Part shown: positions 62,403-64,000 of the stretch, one piece after another
How positions within the stretch are numbered: position 1 is the stretch's first letter
Layout: every line of letters begins with the position of its first letter
Assembly: GCA_902597385.1 (NCBI GenBank)
Contig: CACJXQ010000003.1
Coordinates: 49,441 to 113,440 of the forward strand
From: an uncultured Pseudomonadota bacterium
Lineage (GTDB): Bacteria; Pseudomonadota; Gammaproteobacteria; Ga0077536
Length of the DNA: 64,000 nt
Reading direction: 5' to 3'
Made by a program: the position numbers and the translations under genes
The notes under the pieces: generated by a model
Database searches by the model: none
The model's input: only the letters and a program-made list of their open reading frames with translations
What the model was told of the DNA's origin: nothing

Positions 62403-63122
62403 CTACAAACTTCGATTCAAAATAGAATATTCTGAAATCCCCACGCCTTCTAATTTACTCTTAAGCTTACTTTCGGAAATTTGATTTTCCAAAGGAATCG
62501 AACTTACTACTTTAAATAACCCATCTTGCGTTTCTACAACTTCTATTGTGAATTTAGGCAGTTTGTTGTTTAAAAGACTGGATAGCTTAATCGCATTTTT
62601 TTTTGTTCGAAAGGCTCCAAACTGAACAAAACTAATTTTGGGCTTTATTTCTTCAACTAAGGTTTTAACAAAAGAAATCTTAACCTTCGCAGTTCCCTGA
62701 CGAGTCATGCCTAGTTCTTTAGCAGCGGCATACGAGAGGTCAATTATGCGGCCGTCGACAAAGGGTCCACGATCATTTACTTTGACCAACACTTTTTTCT
62801 GATTTTCCAAGTTGAGCACTTGCACCAGACATGGCAAGGGGAGCGTTTTGTGAGCCGCGGTAATAGCATTCATGTCGTATATTTCCCCTGTTGAGGTAGG
62901 TTTTCCGTGAAATTTTTTACCATACCAAGAGGCAATACCGATCTCCTCAAAAGCTGACACCTCACTAATGGGGAAATATTTCTTTCCAAAAACTACATAA
63001 AAGTTTTTTTCTGTCTTATCAAGCCCCTTTCCTTCTACACCAGCTTCGTCGCGCACACTATTTTTGTTAGAGCAAGAGAGAAGAAACGCTCCCACAAGCA
63101 AACAAACCAACCAAATTCTCAT
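62403..63122 (-). CDS. rlpA: Septal ring lytic transglycosylase RlpA lipoprotein with SPOR domain
   Basis: Lipobox LLSC, GIASWYG, TAAHKTLP, VNDRGPF, IIDLS, QFGAF. Confidence 0.93.
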   Translation of the reverse strand: MRIWLVCLLVGAFLLSCSNKNSVRDEAGVEGKGLDKTEKNFYVVFGKKYFPISEVSAFEEIGIASWYGKKFHGKPTSTGEIYDMNAITAAHKTLPLPCLVQVLNLENQKKVLVKVNDRGPFVDGRIIDLSYAAAKELGMTRQGTAKVKISFVKTLVEEIKPKISFVQFGAFRTKKNAIKLSSLLNNKLPKFTIEVVETQDGLFKVVSSIPLENQISESKLKSKLEGVGISEYSILNRSL

Positions 63123-63128
63123 AGCAAA

Positions 63129-63998
63129 CTATCGCACTATATGTCCATTGAAATTGCACTCTTGCTGCAACGAAGAAGCAAGCAGCGCAACAACCAAGGC
63201 ATATTTCACCCTTGGGTTATATCGAAAGATAGCGTAAAAATTTTCAAAAACTATTCGGTGCTTTAGGACACCGTCTTCTTTGAATTCGACAATAGAAACG
63301 CGTGTCTTGTCTGGCATGTTGCCAGCATCAAAAGTAAAGGCATCTAGTGCGTCTAGGGTCGCAACTAGTTTTGCCGTATTCGTTGTTATTTTCTGATCAT
63401 ATCCTTCTTTTAGTTCAGCATCTAAGTAGACCAATCCATCCCGTTGCCAACCGTGATGTTTCAGATAGTTTCCCACACTGCCTATCGCATCTTCCCTACT
63501 CATCCTAATATCTTTTTTACCATCGCCATCAAAGTCTACCGCTAACTTTCTAACATTATTAGGCATAAACTGAGGTATTCCTATAGCTCCTGCGTAGGAT
63601 CCTCTCAGCTCACGCATATCTAGACCCTCCTCTCTGGCCAAAAGGAAAAATTCCGTTAGTTGATAGCGAAAAAACTTCTCCCTTTTTGAATTTCCACCCG
63701 GGTAATGAAATGCCAGAGTGGGAAGAGAATCTAGAAGCCGATAGTTACCAGTATTGGCGCCGTAGATAGTTTCGATACCAATGATTGCGGCGATAACACT
63801 CTCCGGCACGCCATAAACCTTTCTAGCCTTAGTTAAAGTATTCTTGTTCTCACTCCAAAATATACATCCCTGCTCAAGCTTCTTAGAAGTCAAGAATATT
63901 TTTTTATATTCCCCCCATGGCTTTGTTTTCTCCGCAGGCCTCGACATTAGTCTAATTATTGCTTTTGAGCCCTCTGCAAAACTTAAAACATCCCTAAC
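63129..63998 (-). CDS. mltB: Lytic murein transglycosylase B (runs off window end)
   Basis: IIGIETIYG, GSYAGAIGIPQFMP, DFDGDG, SVGNYL; frame stays open to the window edge. Confidence 0.92.
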   Translation of the reverse strand, partial: VRDVLSFAEGSKAIIRLMSRPAEKTKPWGEYKKIFLTSKKLEQGCIFWSENKNTLTKARKVYGVPESVIAAIIGIETIYGANTGNYRLLDSLPTLAFHYPGGNSKREKFFRYQLTEFFLLAREEGLDMRELRGSYAGAIGIPQFMPNNVRKLAVDFDGDGKKDIRMSREDAIGSVGNYLKHHGWQRDGLVYLDAELKEGYDQKITTNTAKLVATLDALDAFTFDAGNMPDKTRVSIVEFKEDGVLKHRIVFENFYAIFRYNPRVKYALVVALLASSLQQECNFNGHIVR

Positions 63999-64000
63999 CT

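Overview
64 kb of chromosome from a low-to-moderate GC Gammaproteobacterium, probably marine (inferred from gene order: recA-recX-alaS-lysC-tRNA-Ser, xseA/guaB-guaA, mltB-rlpA-dac-dat-ybeD-lipB-lipA). Most of it is housekeeping and catabolic: two Baeyer-Villiger monooxygenases with an esterase, mdh/sucAB/lpdA, a class III PHA cluster (phaR, phasin, phaC, short phaE) interleaved with pckG and acs, and many hydrolases. The standout is an ~8.7 kb element integrated in the 3' end of guaA (43333-52064), bounded by an 18-bp att duplication whose three mismatches are all synonymous. It encodes a tyrosine integrase, a small serine resolvase, a putative HUH (rolling-circle-type) endonuclease, a ribbon-helix-helix protein, a large protein with a resolvase-like HTH, and about ten orphan ORFs. 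I see no capsid, packaging or conjugation genes. Read line by line, the element appears free of 11 of the 16 palindromic 4-mers (including AATT and TTAA despite being AT-rich) and of RGCY, GANTC, CCWGG, GGNCC and GCNGC, and the depletion ends at the att sites. It also has several internal repeat families. All k-mer counts and family assignments were made by eye and need computational confirmation.
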